A stretch of 64,000 nt of DNA from Candidatus Woesearchaeota archaeon (GCA_016185755.1 JACPMX010000010.1:3863-67862), one strand, 5' to 3'. Numbered from the stretch's first letter, positions 26,132 to 37,013 are shown. The notes: a model not told the origin generated them from the sequence alone. Numbers and translations are program-made.

Positions 26132-28156
26132 ATGGAAATAAATGCTATAGAGCAGATAAAGAGGTTCCAGGAATTTATAGACAGCAATTACTATAATTCG
26201 CTGCTCGAGAATGCAAGGAAAGGGACCAAGTCGCTGCTTATAGATTTCTCGGAGCTTTCAAAATACGACCCTGATTTGGCTACAGAGCTCCTTGATTCCC
26301 CGGAAGAAACCATAAAGGCAATTGAAAAATCGATTGAGCAGTTTGACGTCGACGGCCTGGCAGATTTCAGGATCCGGTTTAATAACCTGCCCCTGACCCA
26401 GCATGTAATGATAAGAGACATCAGGAGCAAGCACATAAACAGGCTTCTCTTTATAGAAGGGCTGATAAGGCAGAAATCCGATGTAAGGCCCCAGGTCACA
26501 TCTGCAAGGTTTGAATGCCCTATGTGCGGCAACATAATGAATGTGCTGCAGCTTGAAGGCACATTCAAGGAGCCGACAAAGTGCGGCTGCGGAAGAAAAG
26601 GGAAATTTATCATGCTTGACAAGGATCTTGTTGATGCCCAGGGCATCGTGCTCGAAGAGGCTTCTGAAAATTTGCAAGGAGGGGAGCAGCCGAAGCGCAT
26701 AAGCGTTCTTCTGACAGACGATCTTGTCAGCCCGTTGAGCGAGAAAAGGACTTCTCCGGGGAGCAAGGTGCAGGTTTTTGGAATTGTGAAGGAAGTGCCT
26801 ATTATATCAAAATCCGGGGCAAAATCAACAAGGTTTGACCTGATGATTGATGCCAATTACATACAGCCGACAGAAGACACTTTTTATGAAGTCAATATAA
26901 CTGAGGATGAAGAAAAGCAGATTCTCGAAATTGCAAACGATCCTAAAGGCTACGACAAGTTGGTGAACTCGATTGCCCCTTCAATTTATGGCTATGAAAA
27001 GGTAAAGGAAGCTTTATTGCTCCAACTGATGGGCGGTGTAAGAAAAACAAGGACAGACAGCGTGGTGAGCAGGGGTGATATGCATATTTTGCTGGTTGGC
27101 GACCCTGGATCTGGAAAATCAGCATTGCTGAAAAGAATAACGCAAATTGCGCCAAAAGGCCGCTATGTGAGCGGAAAAGGGGTTAGCGGTGCGGGCATTA
27201 CGGCAGCTGTTGTAAGGGACGAGTTTTTGAGGGGATGGGCATTGGAAGCCGGTGCAATGGTCCTCAGCAGCGACGGCCTTGTGTGTGTTGACGAGCTTGA
27301 CAAGATGAGCTCTGAAGACAGGGCAGCTATGCACGAGGCTCTTGAAAATCAGACTGTCAGCATATCAAAGGCAAACATACAGGCCACCCTGATAGCAAGG
27401 ACTACCGTGCTTGCGGCAGCCAATCCGAAATTTGGAAGATTTGATCCTTATGGGGTTATTGCAGACCAGATTGACTTGCCTCCGACATTGATCAACAGGT
27501 TCGACTTGATATTTCCGATAAAGGATTTGCCAGAGGAAACAAGGGACGAGAGAATGGCAAAGCATATCCTTACATTGCATCAGAATCCTGACATACAGGA
27601 GCCTGAGATATCGACTGATATTTTGAGGAAATTCGTGGCTTATGCAAGGCAAAGAGTCTCTCCAAAGCTGACAGAAGGGGCTTTGGAAGAGATAAAGGAA
27701 TTTTACTTGAAGATGAGGAGAAGCGGCAGCGGCGGGGAAAGCGGCATACATGCAGTGCCTATTTCTGCAAGGCAGCTTGAGGCATTGGTCAGGCTGAGCG
27801 AGGCATCTGCAAGGTCCAGGCTGGATGACAGGGTTACAAGAAGGGATTCAAAAAAGGCAATAGAGCTTCTTGATTATTGCCTGATGCAGATTGGGCTTGA
27901 CAAGGAAACCGGAAAGATAGACATAGACAGGCTTGCAACCGGAATAGCTGCAACACAGAGAAGCCACATAATGGTTGTCAAGGACATCATAGGCGAGCTT
28001 GAGGTTAAGCTTGGAAAATCAATTCCTGTAGAGGAAGTTTTTGCCGAGGCAAGAACAAGGAACCTGGACGAGGACAAGGTGGAGGAAGCCCTTGAAAGGC
28101 TGAAGCGTTCGGGTGACATTTTTGAGCCGAAAAGGGGATTTTTGAGCAGGATATAA
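26132..28156 (+). CDS. mcm: MCM replicative helicase
   Basis: Zn finger CPMCGN...CGCG. Walker A GDPGSGKS. Walker B CVDELDKM. Arginine finger region. C-terminal winged helix. The track start at 26123 is TTG, so I use the ATG at 26132. Confidence 0.95.
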   Translation: MEINAIEQIKRFQEFIDSNYYNSLLENARKGTKSLLIDFSELSKYDPDLATELLDSPEETIKAIEKSIEQFDVDGLADFRIRFNNLPLTQHVMIRDIRSKHINRLLFIEGLIRQKSDVRPQVTSARFECPMCGNIMNVLQLEGTFKEPTKCGCGRKGKFIMLDKDLVDAQGIVLEEASENLQGGEQPKRISVLLTDDLVSPLSEKRTSPGSKVQVFGIVKEVPIISKSGAKSTRFDLMIDANYIQPTEDTFYEVNITEDEEKQILEIANDPKGYDKLVNSIAPSIYGYEKVKEALLLQLMGGVRKTRTDSVVSRGDMHILLVGDPGSGKSALLKRITQIAPKGRYVSGKGVSGAGITAAVVRDEFLRGWALEAGAMVLSSDGLVCVDELDKMSSEDRAAMHEALENQTVSISKANIQATLIARTTVLAAANPKFGRFDPYGVIADQIDLPPTLINRFDLIFPIKDLPEETRDERMAKHILTLHQNPDIQEPEISTDILRKFVAYARQRVSPKLTEGALEEIKEFYLKMRRSGSGGESGIHAVPISARQLEALVRLSEASARSRLDDRVTRRDSKKAIELLDYCLMQIGLDKETGKIDIDRLATGIAATQRSHIMVVKDIIGELEVKLGKSIPVEEVFAEARTRNLDEDKVEEALERLKRSGDIFEPKRGFLSRI

Positions 28157-28157
28157 A

Positions 28158-28775
28158 ATGCCAGAGCTAGAGCAGAAAACATTCCAGAGGCAGGTAGCCT
28201 ACAAAATCAGGATTTCCGATATACTTGACAGTTCCTTGAAAAAGGACGAGACTTCTGCAGGCTATATTATTTTAAATGGCATGAACGTGTCAAGAGTCAA
28301 TATAATTGCAACCGTGGTTTATATTTCTGAAGATTCCGGCTTCAGGAGCACCCTGATTGATGACGGCACAGGCAGGATATCATTGAGGGCTTTCGATAAC
28401 TCTAATCTTTTCTCTGCTCTTGAAATAGGGGATGTTGTACTGATGGTCGGGAAAATAAGGGAATTCAGCAATGACAAGTACATCATGCCCGAAATACTCA
28501 AGAAGCTCGGCGATACAGGATGGCTGGGACTGAGAAAAGCTGAATTGGACAGGCTGCCTGATATAAAGGGTGAATCCCAAAAGCCTGATGAGGCAGTAAA
28601 TACCGGCGAGCATATCTATTCATTGATCAGGTCGCTTGACATTGGCGACGGTGTGCCAATAGAGGATATAATTAAGAAATCAAATGATTCTATGGCAGAA
28701 AAAATTATCAGCAGGCTGCTTGAGAGCGGTGATATTTTTGAAGTGAGGCCCGGCATGCTTAAAGTTCTAGAATAA
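28158..28775 (+). CDS. OB-fold nucleic-acid-binding protein coupled to mcm
   Basis: 205 aa. Starts 1 nt after the mcm stop. VNIIATVVYISE...LIDDGTGRISLRAFD...GDVVLMVGKIREF is an OB-fold pattern of RPA/SSB type. C-terminal helical region. Confidence 0.5.
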   Translation: MPELEQKTFQRQVAYKIRISDILDSSLKKDETSAGYIILNGMNVSRVNIIATVVYISEDSGFRSTLIDDGTGRISLRAFDNSNLFSALEIGDVVLMVGKIREFSNDKYIMPEILKKLGDTGWLGLRKAELDRLPDIKGESQKPDEAVNTGEHIYSLIRSLDIGDGVPIEDIIKKSNDSMAEKIISRLLESGDIFEVRPGMLKVLE

Positions 28776-29618
28776 AACCGGAGTTACATATACTTCAAGA
28801 AACGCAGCTGCAATCAGGAATCCTCCTGCTATAAGGATAAGCTCTGTAAAGTCCCTTGTTATTGTGTGGAATTTTTTTGTCTTGAAATGCCCCCTTATCA
28901 GCGCTACCGAGAGTATTCCTCCTGCCAGTCCGCCATAGAAATATGCTATAATTTCAGGTATGCCATGAAGGGAATATTTCAAAAGCCCGAGTGAAACTAT
29001 ATGGAAATAATTCCCTGCTTCAAGCAGGCCAAGTGAGCTTGTATAATTGCTCATGTTCGCCCTTATGAAATTCCCTATTGCAGCCCCTATGACCGTGGCA
29101 TTCCACGACAGTATGAATATGGCTCCGGCCCCGTAAATCAAGGAAAAGAGGATTGCAAATGCAAGCACCTTGAAATTGTTGAAGAATATCTTCCAGAATG
29201 CATTCATGCTGTGTATCACATTTCCTGAAACCTGGTTGTTGATTGCCTGTATCGTGCCGGTCTGCTTGTCAAAAAGCAGGTTGACCGTGGTTGTCGGGAG
29301 CACTGCATACCATAATGCGCATGCAACTGTAATGCCGACAAAAAGGTACATGAAAAAAGATATCGCCTTGTTGTGCTCCTTCAGTATGGCTGATTCCTTG
29401 TCCATCAGCATGTCCTTGCTTTCCTCAAGCTTCATTGTGTTGTAGAATATAGGCAGGGCTGCCATTGTTATCATGAACACCATTATAAGGCTTGCCTCTG
29501 CCCTGAAAATCCACAGCGAGATGAAAATTCCGATTGAGGTGTAAAGAAATCCCATGAAGAACATTTCCCACGGCTTTTTCTCCGCCCTGAAAGGGAACAG
29601 TAAAGACTCGACAACCAT
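28767..29618 (-). CDS. DUF95 / SpoIIM-like membrane protein
   Basis: 283 aa with 6 TM segments. Conserved YFYGGLAGGILS and IAAAFLEVYVTP near the C-terminus. Confidence 0.65.
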   Translation of the reverse strand: MVVESLLFPFRAEKKPWEMFFMGFLYTSIGIFISLWIFRAEASLIMVFMITMAALPIFYNTMKLEESKDMLMDKESAILKEHNKAISFFMYLFVGITVACALWYAVLPTTTVNLLFDKQTGTIQAINNQVSGNVIHSMNAFWKIFFNNFKVLAFAILFSLIYGAGAIFILSWNATVIGAAIGNFIRANMSNYTSSLGLLEAGNYFHIVSLGLLKYSLHGIPEIIAYFYGGLAGGILSVALIRGHFKTKKFHTITRDFTELILIAGGFLIAAAFLEVYVTPVLF

Positions 29619-29753
29619 AGCCGTTTAACTTAAATGGCCAGTTTATATATTTTTTGAATTGCCAGTTTTGCCATCAAAATGTGAGCATCTTAAAGCTGGA
29701 AATATCCAGCAAAAAGGAAATTGCAATGGGAATTTTTGCCTTAAAGAAAATGT

Positions 29754-29771
29754 TTACATGCGAACCGATGG
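29754..29771 (+). promoter_or_regulatory. degenerate ORB-like element TTACATGCGAACCGATGG (14/18)
   Basis: Shares TT-CATGCGAA--GA-GG with the 18-mer. It lies 49 bp upstream of the aIF2-beta start. Confidence 0.3.
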
Positions 29772-29819
29772 CAAAACCGAACTGATATGTAGGTTTTTCA
29801 ATTAACTTTATAAATAAAC

Positions 29820-30251
29820 ATGGCTTGCTTCAGGCCTATGGAAGACTACAAAAAAATGCTCGAGGAAGTGAGGAAAAACCTGCCTGAGGCTGTGTTCCTC
29901 AAGGAAAGGTTTGAGATTCCAAAAGTTCTTGGTCACATGCAGGGCAACAGGACCATAGTCAGCAATTTTCTCCAGATAGCCTCTGCCTTGAGGAGGGATG
30001 CCGACCATCTTCTCAAGTATGTCCTGAAGGAGCTTGCCACCCCGGGCGAGGTCAAGAAAAGCGGTGCATTGATTTTGGGCACGAAGGTTCCTGCCTCAAG
30101 GATAAACGAGAAGATAAGGCAGTATGCAAATGACTTCGTGCTTTGCTTCGAGTGCGGCAAGCCCGACACAAAGATAGAGAAGGAAGGCAGCCTGAGCTAC
30201 ATGAAGTGCACAGCATGCGGCGCGAAGAACATCGTCAAGGCGAAGATTTAA
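29820..30251 (+). CDS. translation initiation factor 2 beta subunit (aIF2-beta)
   Basis: 143 aa. C-terminal Zn ribbon CFECGKPDT...CTACGA. Confidence 0.85.
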   Translation: MACFRPMEDYKKMLEEVRKNLPEAVFLKERFEIPKVLGHMQGNRTIVSNFLQIASALRRDADHLLKYVLKELATPGEVKKSGALILGTKVPASRINEKIRQYANDFVLCFECGKPDTKIEKEGSLSYMKCTACGAKNIVKAKI

Positions 30252-30268
30252 GGGATTTAATTTTAGAA

Positions 30269-30829
30269 TTAATGATGAGTAATAGCATTTTTCCAGATGG
30301 CGTCTTCAAGTACTCCTTCCCTAAATAATCTTTCCAGCTCTCCAGGTGGGCAGTCTTTATCTCTCAAAGATATTCGTAATAAATCCCTATCGGGTTTTTT
30401 GTGAACGTACCCTGCACGTTTCATACATTCAATGATCTCCCCTTCTTGATTAATTGTGTAGCCATCAAATATTATAGTTCTTCTAAATATAATATCATAT
30501 TCAACAACCTGCGATAAAACAAAGGATCCTTTTGCGCTAGGAATTGTTGATTCGGCGTGCTCTATTAGTTTAGCTGCATCAGCCTCACTTCTAACTATCG
30601 AAGGATGGTCTGAAACTTTTATTTTGTTGCTATTTTCAGGTTCCAAAAACCTTCTGACATTTTTCGCGGCCGCAAGAAATCTTCTGAGCTCTTCTCCTGA
30701 TGTTGCCTTGGGATCTAATTTACCTTCCCCAACAGACTCAAAATCTGCACACCAGCCTACATACAAACATAGTTCTGTGTATTCCATAAACTTCAGCAGA
30801 AATAGATAGGGTTTTAAAAACCTACCCAA
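30269..30829 (-). CDS. hypothetical protein downstream of PolD large subunit
   Basis: 186 aa with no recognised motif. Overlaps the DP2 stop by 8 nt. An alternative start is 30787. Confidence 0.4.
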   Translation of the reverse strand: MGRFLKPYLFLLKFMEYTELCLYVGWCADFESVGEGKLDPKATSGEELRRFLAAAKNVRRFLEPENSNKIKVSDHPSIVRSEADAAKLIEHAESTIPSAKGSFVLSQVVEYDIIFRRTIIFDGYTINQEGEIIECMKRAGYVHKKPDRDLLRISLRDKDCPPGELERLFREGVLEDAIWKNAITHH

Positions 30830-33800
30830 ACCACCTGTTCAATCCTTCCTGCCTGTCTTTGTCTTTTCCGAAAACGCCCTCGACCCTGCTTTTTGTCAGC
30901 TCCAGGACCTGCTTGAGATAAGGCGGGAGGTTGTACTTGTCAGACAATGATATTGCCGGCTCAAGGTATTTTATTATCGAGCCCTCGCTTACCGTGAACA
31001 TCAGCTTGCTCCCGCATGCAAGGCATTTCCCGGTAAGCGGCGGCCTCCGGTATTTCTCCGTGCATTTGCTGCACCTGAATTCCTGCATCGAGAACCTCCT
31101 TAAATTGCCTTTGATGTCTCTCAATAAATGCTTCTCTATCACGAGCCTCGCGACATCGGCCGCGTCAACAGCCCTTATCTTGTCCGCAAGCTCCATCTGC
31201 CCCTTTAATTTGTCCTCCATCGAGGGGATGGTCTTGTAAGAAGAGCATTTGACTCCGATGTTTATGTTGCTCACAGGATGGGTATACCATATCCTTCCCA
31301 GCTGGCCTGAATTCATTATGTTTGCAAACCTTTCTATCTTTACATTCCATGGCAGCTCATAGCGCAGCGTTGCCTCGTAAAATTCCAGGGGATACCTGCT
31401 CACAATGTCCACATCAAATATCATGTCGTCAACTTCTGTCGGCACAAGCTTTGATGTCAAAACCAATGGCGCATCCTGCGTCGAGCCTCTTGTGTTTGGC
31501 AGGAACTGCCTTGAGAAATTAAGCAGAACATCCATGAGCAAAGTCACTGATGCTTCGTCCCCGTCGCAGTCCCTTCTTGTTGCAGCGTGCATCAGCGGAT
31601 GCGCATAGAAGGCCTGTGTTTTTGAAAACCCTATTATCCTCCCGACTATGCCCGCTGAAGTATGCGGCGCCAGGGCCACCACCAGGTGCCCCACAAGATC
31701 CTTCCATGATTCCAGGTTATAAAATTTTTCCAGGCCGTAAAGCGACGCCAAAAGCTCGTCTATGAACTGGCTCACGTTGTAGAGTATCTTGTCAGCTCCA
31801 AGTTCCGGAGCGTCTTCGCATTTTGGAAGTATGATATCCTGCGGCTTCAGTTCCAGTATTTGCTCCGCATCTTCAAGCTCATTTTCATAAATGTCCTTGG
31901 TATAGCCCAGATTTTTAAGCTCCTCTACAGAAGTCCCTATCTCTTTTGGCTTGAAATGGGTTATGGGCAGCTGGGTCATGTCATACCTTGTGGTGCCGTC
32001 TTTATTGACAGGCACATCATGCTTTGCCCTCAGGATTCCCTTTGCGAAATGCTCTATGACATGGTCTTTGTTTGACGTGCCCCTTACTCCCTTTATCAGG
32101 TCCGGGTACTGCTGCATGCCTAATTTCTTCAGCGTCTTTTTGAAATAATTGTTTATGTCTATTCTTTGCTTCTTGTAAAGGTCTGCATTTCCATGGGGGC
32201 ATTTTCCATCTGGAACCGTGCCGCATGCGCTGCAGTATCCCTGCCTGCCTGCTTTCTTGTCGCATTGCTCGCAGACGCTGAATATTGTCTCTTTCCTGCA
32301 TCCGCTGCAAAAATATATCGGAAATTCCGCCTCAACCGAGCCGAATTCCATCGCGCTCTGGAAGGACCTCATCTTGCCGCCTTCCTTGCCTATAGGAAAA
32401 AGAGTATGCGGGTCCCCGTCAAGCTTCCTGGCTTTTGCCTTTTCCGGCCTCCCCATCCTTGCCCCGATGAATGTTCCTGACTTGTCCCTCATTTTTATTT
32501 CAGAAATTGAATTTATGATGTCAAGGACATCCTCGAGCTCGCTTGCAATGAGTTTGCTGTGAAATTCATTGTTGCAAATGAATAGCTTATGCAGTATTCC
32601 TGCCGTGTCCCCTTCAATCACCGTAAGTTCATTGTTGATAAAAGTGTGTGGAACCCCTGCCAATTCCAGCACTCTTTTTGCAACTTCGTTTTTTGGCAGG
32701 ACTATTTTTTTGATGTCATCTCCTTCCGATTCTGCCTCCCCTTCTTTCAGCCACTTTGCCAGCTCTATGAAATTTTCCTTTGACAGGGTTTTCCAGTGGA
32801 AAGTGTAGCATGGGTGAAGTGGTATCCCAAGTGCCTGGCTCAGTTTTATTGCAACTCCTGCTGAAGGCTTCTCAAAGAAATAATCTTTGGCCAGTTTTTC
32901 TAGATGCCCTGATTCGATGCCTACCCATTCAGACAGCTTTTCATAATCCACCGAGCCGAATTTTTCGGATATTGCTTTCTCGAATTCCAGTGCCCACCAT
33001 TCCTCGCAATACCCTGCAGGAACTAAAGTATGCGCCCTGTTGAAGAAATCGCCGTAGTTTATCAGTATGTCCCCCAAGAAAATTATTTCCTTGACTGAAT
33101 TGGAATATTGTTTTGCCTGCTGCTCGCTTTCTATCTTTACGACGCTGTTGTCATTCAGCTTTATGATTGGGCCTTCAATTGAGTCACAAACCGTTATGGC
33201 TGTTGCCTTGCCCGGCCTTTCAACTTTCAATTGCGTGCCGATTGCTATGTACTTGTTCAGTATAATCATTGTAGCAGGGTGTATTGCCGTTGCCGAGTAT
33301 CCTGAAGTCCTGCACCTGCCGTATCTCAGCCTCAGACCTCCTGGCATAAGGGGGTGGGTAAGCACCGGCCTTCCGGCAACTAAATCCTGTATGTAAGTGT
33401 AGATTGGGACAATCCCTTTCTTCGCTGTTTTTTCTTTTGCCTTCATTTCTTTTTGCAGATGGACGAATTCCTGCAGGAATGCCCAGTGCTCCAGATTGAA
33501 TTCTTCACCCCATTTTTTGAGTTGTGTCCACACTTTTGCAGCTTTCTGCGCTACACATTCCCCAAGTACAAGGCACGGGCCGCTCCTTATCCTGTTTGTC
33601 TCTATTCTTTCGATGTCCTTGTAATTGGAGACTTCTATGTCTTCTGACGCATCCCCGTCGATCTGCACGGGCAGGTTGCCCACAAGAAATCTTATTTCCT
33701 TTTCGCTTGGAAGATACTGCAGATTTGTGACCCTCTCATGATAATCATAAAGCTCTGTAACCATTCTCCTTATTTCCTTTTCCGACGGGTCATATACATC

Positions 33801-34310
33801 ATATCCCATGGATTTCCTGATGTAATCTGCTATGACGACGCTTGCCGCCCCTGCCGTTCCTCCTGCGCTCCTTATAGGTCCGGAATACATCAGGCAGAAA
33901 TATTCCTTGTTGTCCTTCCTTTTGTTTATCTTCAGGCCTACAAATCCTTCGAGGGGCGATGCCACAATGCCGAGAGTCATGTACGCAAGCCCTATCCTGA
34001 TTCCTGTTTCGATTGCCTCTGTTTGTGTGCCGAATTTGCAGAATTTTTCCTGTGCTGTTTCAAGTGATATTTTAAGCGCAACTCTCCAGTCTAGCTTCCC
34101 GTAGCTTGCCTCAAGTTCTTTTATCCTTTGGGGTATCCCCTTGTTTGTTATTTTAGGCGCTGAAACGCTTACAAGCCCCTCCACCCTTTCTGCCATGTCT
34201 TTTGCAAGCGGTATGTTTACCGTATCTTCGGGATCGTACCCTTTTGCCCTTGCCTCGTTTGCAGCTTTGTATGCTGCATTTACATTTTCAAGTATTCCAG
34301 CCTTCATCAT
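30822..34310 (-). CDS. DNA polymerase II (PolD) large subunit DP2
   Basis: 1162 aa. Cys clusters CSGCRKET...CEQCDK and CSACGTVPDGKCPHG. Full-length match to the archaeal DP2 catalytic subunit. No intein-sized insertion. Confidence 0.95.
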   Translation of the reverse strand: MMKAGILENVNAAYKAANEARAKGYDPEDTVNIPLAKDMAERVEGLVSVSAPKITNKGIPQRIKELEASYGKLDWRVALKISLETAQEKFCKFGTQTEAIETGIRIGLAYMTLGIVASPLEGFVGLKINKRKDNKEYFCLMYSGPIRSAGGTAGAASVVIADYIRKSMGYDVYDPSEKEIRRMVTELYDYHERVTNLQYLPSEKEIRFLVGNLPVQIDGDASEDIEVSNYKDIERIETNRIRSGPCLVLGECVAQKAAKVWTQLKKWGEEFNLEHWAFLQEFVHLQKEMKAKEKTAKKGIVPIYTYIQDLVAGRPVLTHPLMPGGLRLRYGRCRTSGYSATAIHPATMIILNKYIAIGTQLKVERPGKATAITVCDSIEGPIIKLNDNSVVKIESEQQAKQYSNSVKEIIFLGDILINYGDFFNRAHTLVPAGYCEEWWALEFEKAISEKFGSVDYEKLSEWVGIESGHLEKLAKDYFFEKPSAGVAIKLSQALGIPLHPCYTFHWKTLSKENFIELAKWLKEGEAESEGDDIKKIVLPKNEVAKRVLELAGVPHTFINNELTVIEGDTAGILHKLFICNNEFHSKLIASELEDVLDIINSISEIKMRDKSGTFIGARMGRPEKAKARKLDGDPHTLFPIGKEGGKMRSFQSAMEFGSVEAEFPIYFCSGCRKETIFSVCEQCDKKAGRQGYCSACGTVPDGKCPHGNADLYKKQRIDINNYFKKTLKKLGMQQYPDLIKGVRGTSNKDHVIEHFAKGILRAKHDVPVNKDGTTRYDMTQLPITHFKPKEIGTSVEELKNLGYTKDIYENELEDAEQILELKPQDIILPKCEDAPELGADKILYNVSQFIDELLASLYGLEKFYNLESWKDLVGHLVVALAPHTSAGIVGRIIGFSKTQAFYAHPLMHAATRRDCDGDEASVTLLMDVLLNFSRQFLPNTRGSTQDAPLVLTSKLVPTEVDDMIFDVDIVSRYPLEFYEATLRYELPWNVKIERFANIMNSGQLGRIWYTHPVSNINIGVKCSSYKTIPSMEDKLKGQMELADKIRAVDAADVARLVIEKHLLRDIKGNLRRFSMQEFRCSKCTEKYRRPPLTGKCLACGSKLMFTVSEGSIIKYLEPAISLSDKYNLPPYLKQVLELTKSRVEGVFGKDKDRQEGLNRWFG

Positions 34311-34312
34311 TT

Positions 34313-35806
34313 TTATTGCCCGAATTTGAGTATTTTTATGTCTCTCGTCTGCAAATTCACGATCGGGACCCTGCTCGGTTCCGGATTATGCCCAACTTTT
34401 TCCTGGAAGCTGGTCTTGCCCTGCCAGCAGCTTCCGCAGATCAGTGTGGTGTTTCTGTAATTTGCCGTAGCTGTTTTGTGTATGTGCCCGCTCAGGAAAA
34501 AATCAGGGACCTTTTCTATCACAAGCGGGTCTTTCTTGGTGTCTGGGATGTAAAGTGTTGAAAGGTGGGATGGTGCCAAGTGCCTCCTTTTCAGTAAAAA
34601 TTTCATGATTAAGTCTGCCCGGTCATACCCTCCCTGGTTCCTGAGCGAATCCACCTCGGCAACAAAATAGTCAAATGAGTATCCATGGTACATCATCACG
34701 TCAAATCCTGCAAAGTTTGCAGATGAGCTGATGTTGACCATTGAAGGGTTTGACACCATGATTGCATTGTTAAGCTCGTACATCGGCGCTGCAAAGTTTC
34801 TCGACAACGGCGGCTGCGGCTCTGAAATTCTTATTGCATCATGGTTCCCGGGGCAAATTACCAAGGGGATATTATTGGGTATCTGCTTGAGCAGCTCTGC
34901 GCATTCCCTGTATTGCTGGTAGATGTCTTTTATGGAAAGCTCCTTGTCCTGCTCGGGGTAAATTCCGCAGCCGTCAACCAGGTCTCCTGCAATGAATATG
35001 CATTCAACATTTTTTGCTATGTGCCTTTGCTGCTCATTGCCGGCCTCGCAGTTTATCCACCTGAGGAATTTTTCAAAATCGTCGGGCAGGAATTTGGACG
35101 ATCCGACATGAAGGTCTGACAGGAACAGTGCATATTTTTCCTGCTCTGATTTTTTAAGCTCCTTGCTTGAGGGAGTGTCCGGCCAGACAATGCTGTTGGC
35201 GAATATCATAGTTTCCGCATTCACCCCAGTGATCCCTATCACTTCGTCCATAACCAGGTCTTTCGCTTCCTTGAATAGGTCCGGCCTGTTCTTATTGACA
35301 AGAACCCTCTTCCTTCCCGTCGGGTCTTCAAGCATCAAAAGCATATTGCCGTTCTTCGTCACTTGCTTGTCGCTGACCATTCCAATGATTGTTATTTTCT
35401 CTTTCTCTTTTTTGTTCTGTATCTTGTTTAATGAAATTGTATTTTTAAGCTCCTGGTGCTGCTTGAGTATTTTTTCCATTGCCTTGTACCTGTTGTTGAA
35501 GTAATCGGCAAAATCCTGTGTTTCCCTTTTTTTCGGCTCTTCCTTGTGTGAAAAAATGACCTTGACTTTTTCTCCGGTCTTCTCAATATATCCCTCCGCT
35601 AATTTTTCAGGTTGGGGCTCTTCTATAAGCCTGCCGAGCTCCAGGCCCAGCACTGCAGAATCAGTGTGCTTTGATTTGAGCAATTCAAAAAGTTTGGAAA
35701 TATGGTTGTAATCTTTTATCTCCAGCAGCTTGGGGCTGATTAAAACGCCGTTTTTCAGGCACGTGTCTATGATCTCGCGCTTCTTTTTGATGATTTCTTC
35801 CTGCAT
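34313..35806 (-). CDS. DNA polymerase II (PolD) small subunit DP1
   Basis: 497 aa. Calcineurin-like phosphoesterase motifs GDLVD and CPGNHD. N-terminal OB region. Confidence 0.9.
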   Translation of the reverse strand: MQEEIIKKKREIIDTCLKNGVLISPKLLEIKDYNHISKLFELLKSKHTDSAVLGLELGRLIEEPQPEKLAEGYIEKTGEKVKVIFSHKEEPKKRETQDFADYFNNRYKAMEKILKQHQELKNTISLNKIQNKKEKEKITIIGMVSDKQVTKNGNMLLMLEDPTGRKRVLVNKNRPDLFKEAKDLVMDEVIGITGVNAETMIFANSIVWPDTPSSKELKKSEQEKYALFLSDLHVGSSKFLPDDFEKFLRWINCEAGNEQQRHIAKNVECIFIAGDLVDGCGIYPEQDKELSIKDIYQQYRECAELLKQIPNNIPLVICPGNHDAIRISEPQPPLSRNFAAPMYELNNAIMVSNPSMVNISSSANFAGFDVMMYHGYSFDYFVAEVDSLRNQGGYDRADLIMKFLLKRRHLAPSHLSTLYIPDTKKDPLVIEKVPDFFLSGHIHKTATANYRNTTLICGSCWQGKTSFQEKVGHNPEPSRVPIVNLQTRDIKILKFGQ

Positions 35807-35807
35807 T

Positions 35808-37013
35808 TTATGACCTTACATTATCTTCCAGGATTGTTTTTATTTTTGGCAGCACTGTTTCGGAAATTTCAACTGATATTTCCCTTGTCCTGCCGTATCT
35901 TCCCTTCGATATTACTTTCGCGTTGACTATGCCGAGCATGTCAAATTCAGATATGATGTCTGAGACGCGCCTCTGTGTGAGTGTGCTCGTGTTGGTCTTG
36001 CCGCACAATGACTTGTATATCTCATAAACTTCGCCGGTGAATATGCTGTTTCCCCTCCCTTTCCTTAGGGAAAGTATTGAATAAAGCACAAGCTGGTACT
36101 GCTTTGGCTGTGTTGTGACTATGTCTATTATCCTGTCCCGGTCTATTTTTTCCTCTGCCTCGTCTATGTGGCTTATTGTGATTTTTCTGGAATTTTTCCT
36201 GTCAGCCACCTCTCCGGCAACCCTCAGCAGCTCAAGCGCCCTCCTTGCATCGCCGTGGTCCCTTGCAGCATATGCTGCGCATTTTTCCACCACTCCGTGC
36301 TCAAGGACATCCTTGTTGAATGCGAGCTCTGCCCTCTGCTTGAGTATTGCCTGTATCTGCAGCGCGTTGTATGGCGGGAAAACAACTTCTTCTTCAGAAA
36401 GCGATGACCTCACCCTTGGGTCAAGGTTATCAACAAACATTATGTCGTTGGATATCCCGATTATCGAGATTTGTGATTCTGTGTCTTCATTCATCCTTGT
36501 GAGGTTATAAAGGACGCTGTCTCCGGTTTTGTTTATTAGCTGGTCTATCTCGTCCAGAATCAGAATATAGTTCTGCTCGTTTTTGTTTACTGCCCTTAAA
36601 AACGCCTTGTAAATCTCTTCAGTAGGCAATCCCGTAGCCGGCAAGGACTTTCCAAGCTCTGTGGCCAGCTGCGCAATCAGCCTGTATTCCGTGTCTGCGC
36701 TTCTTTTAAGCTTGCAGTTGATATACAAAACCCGGATAGGTATGTTTTCCTTTTCAGCTATTTCCAGCAGTTTTTTTGTTGTGTGCTTGATTGTAAGTGT
36801 TTTTCCTGTGCCGGTTTTCCCGTAAATGAATATATTGGATGGTTTGTCCCTTTTTAGTGCCGGAGCAAGTATATTAGCGATTTGTTTTGTTTGTTCTTCC
36901 CTGTGAGGTATTGTTTCGGGTATATAACCTGATTGAAGCACTTTTTTGTCAAAAAAGACGCTTTCTTTTCTTAGAAATACCTCAAAGAAACCATCCAACC
37001 CCTTTTCAGTCAT
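35808..37013 (-). CDS. cdc6: Orc1/Cdc6 replication initiator
   Basis: AAA+ Walker A IYGKTGTGKT and Walker B LILDEID. C-terminal winged helix. I place the start at the second Met (MTEKG) because the first 11 codons of the track ORF overlap an ORB-like repeat. Confidence 0.9.
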   Translation of the reverse strand: MTEKGLDGFFEVFLRKESVFFDKKVLQSGYIPETIPHREEQTKQIANILAPALKRDKPSNIFIYGKTGTGKTLTIKHTTKKLLEIAEKENIPIRVLYINCKLKRSADTEYRLIAQLATELGKSLPATGLPTEEIYKAFLRAVNKNEQNYILILDEIDQLINKTGDSVLYNLTRMNEDTESQISIIGISNDIMFVDNLDPRVRSSLSEEEVVFPPYNALQIQAILKQRAELAFNKDVLEHGVVEKCAAYAARDHGDARRALELLRVAGEVADRKNSRKITISHIDEAEEKIDRDRIIDIVTTQPKQYQLVLYSILSLRKGRGNSIFTGEVYEIYKSLCGKTNTSTLTQRRVSDIISEFDMLGIVNAKVISKGRYGRTREISVEISETVLPKIKTILEDNVRS

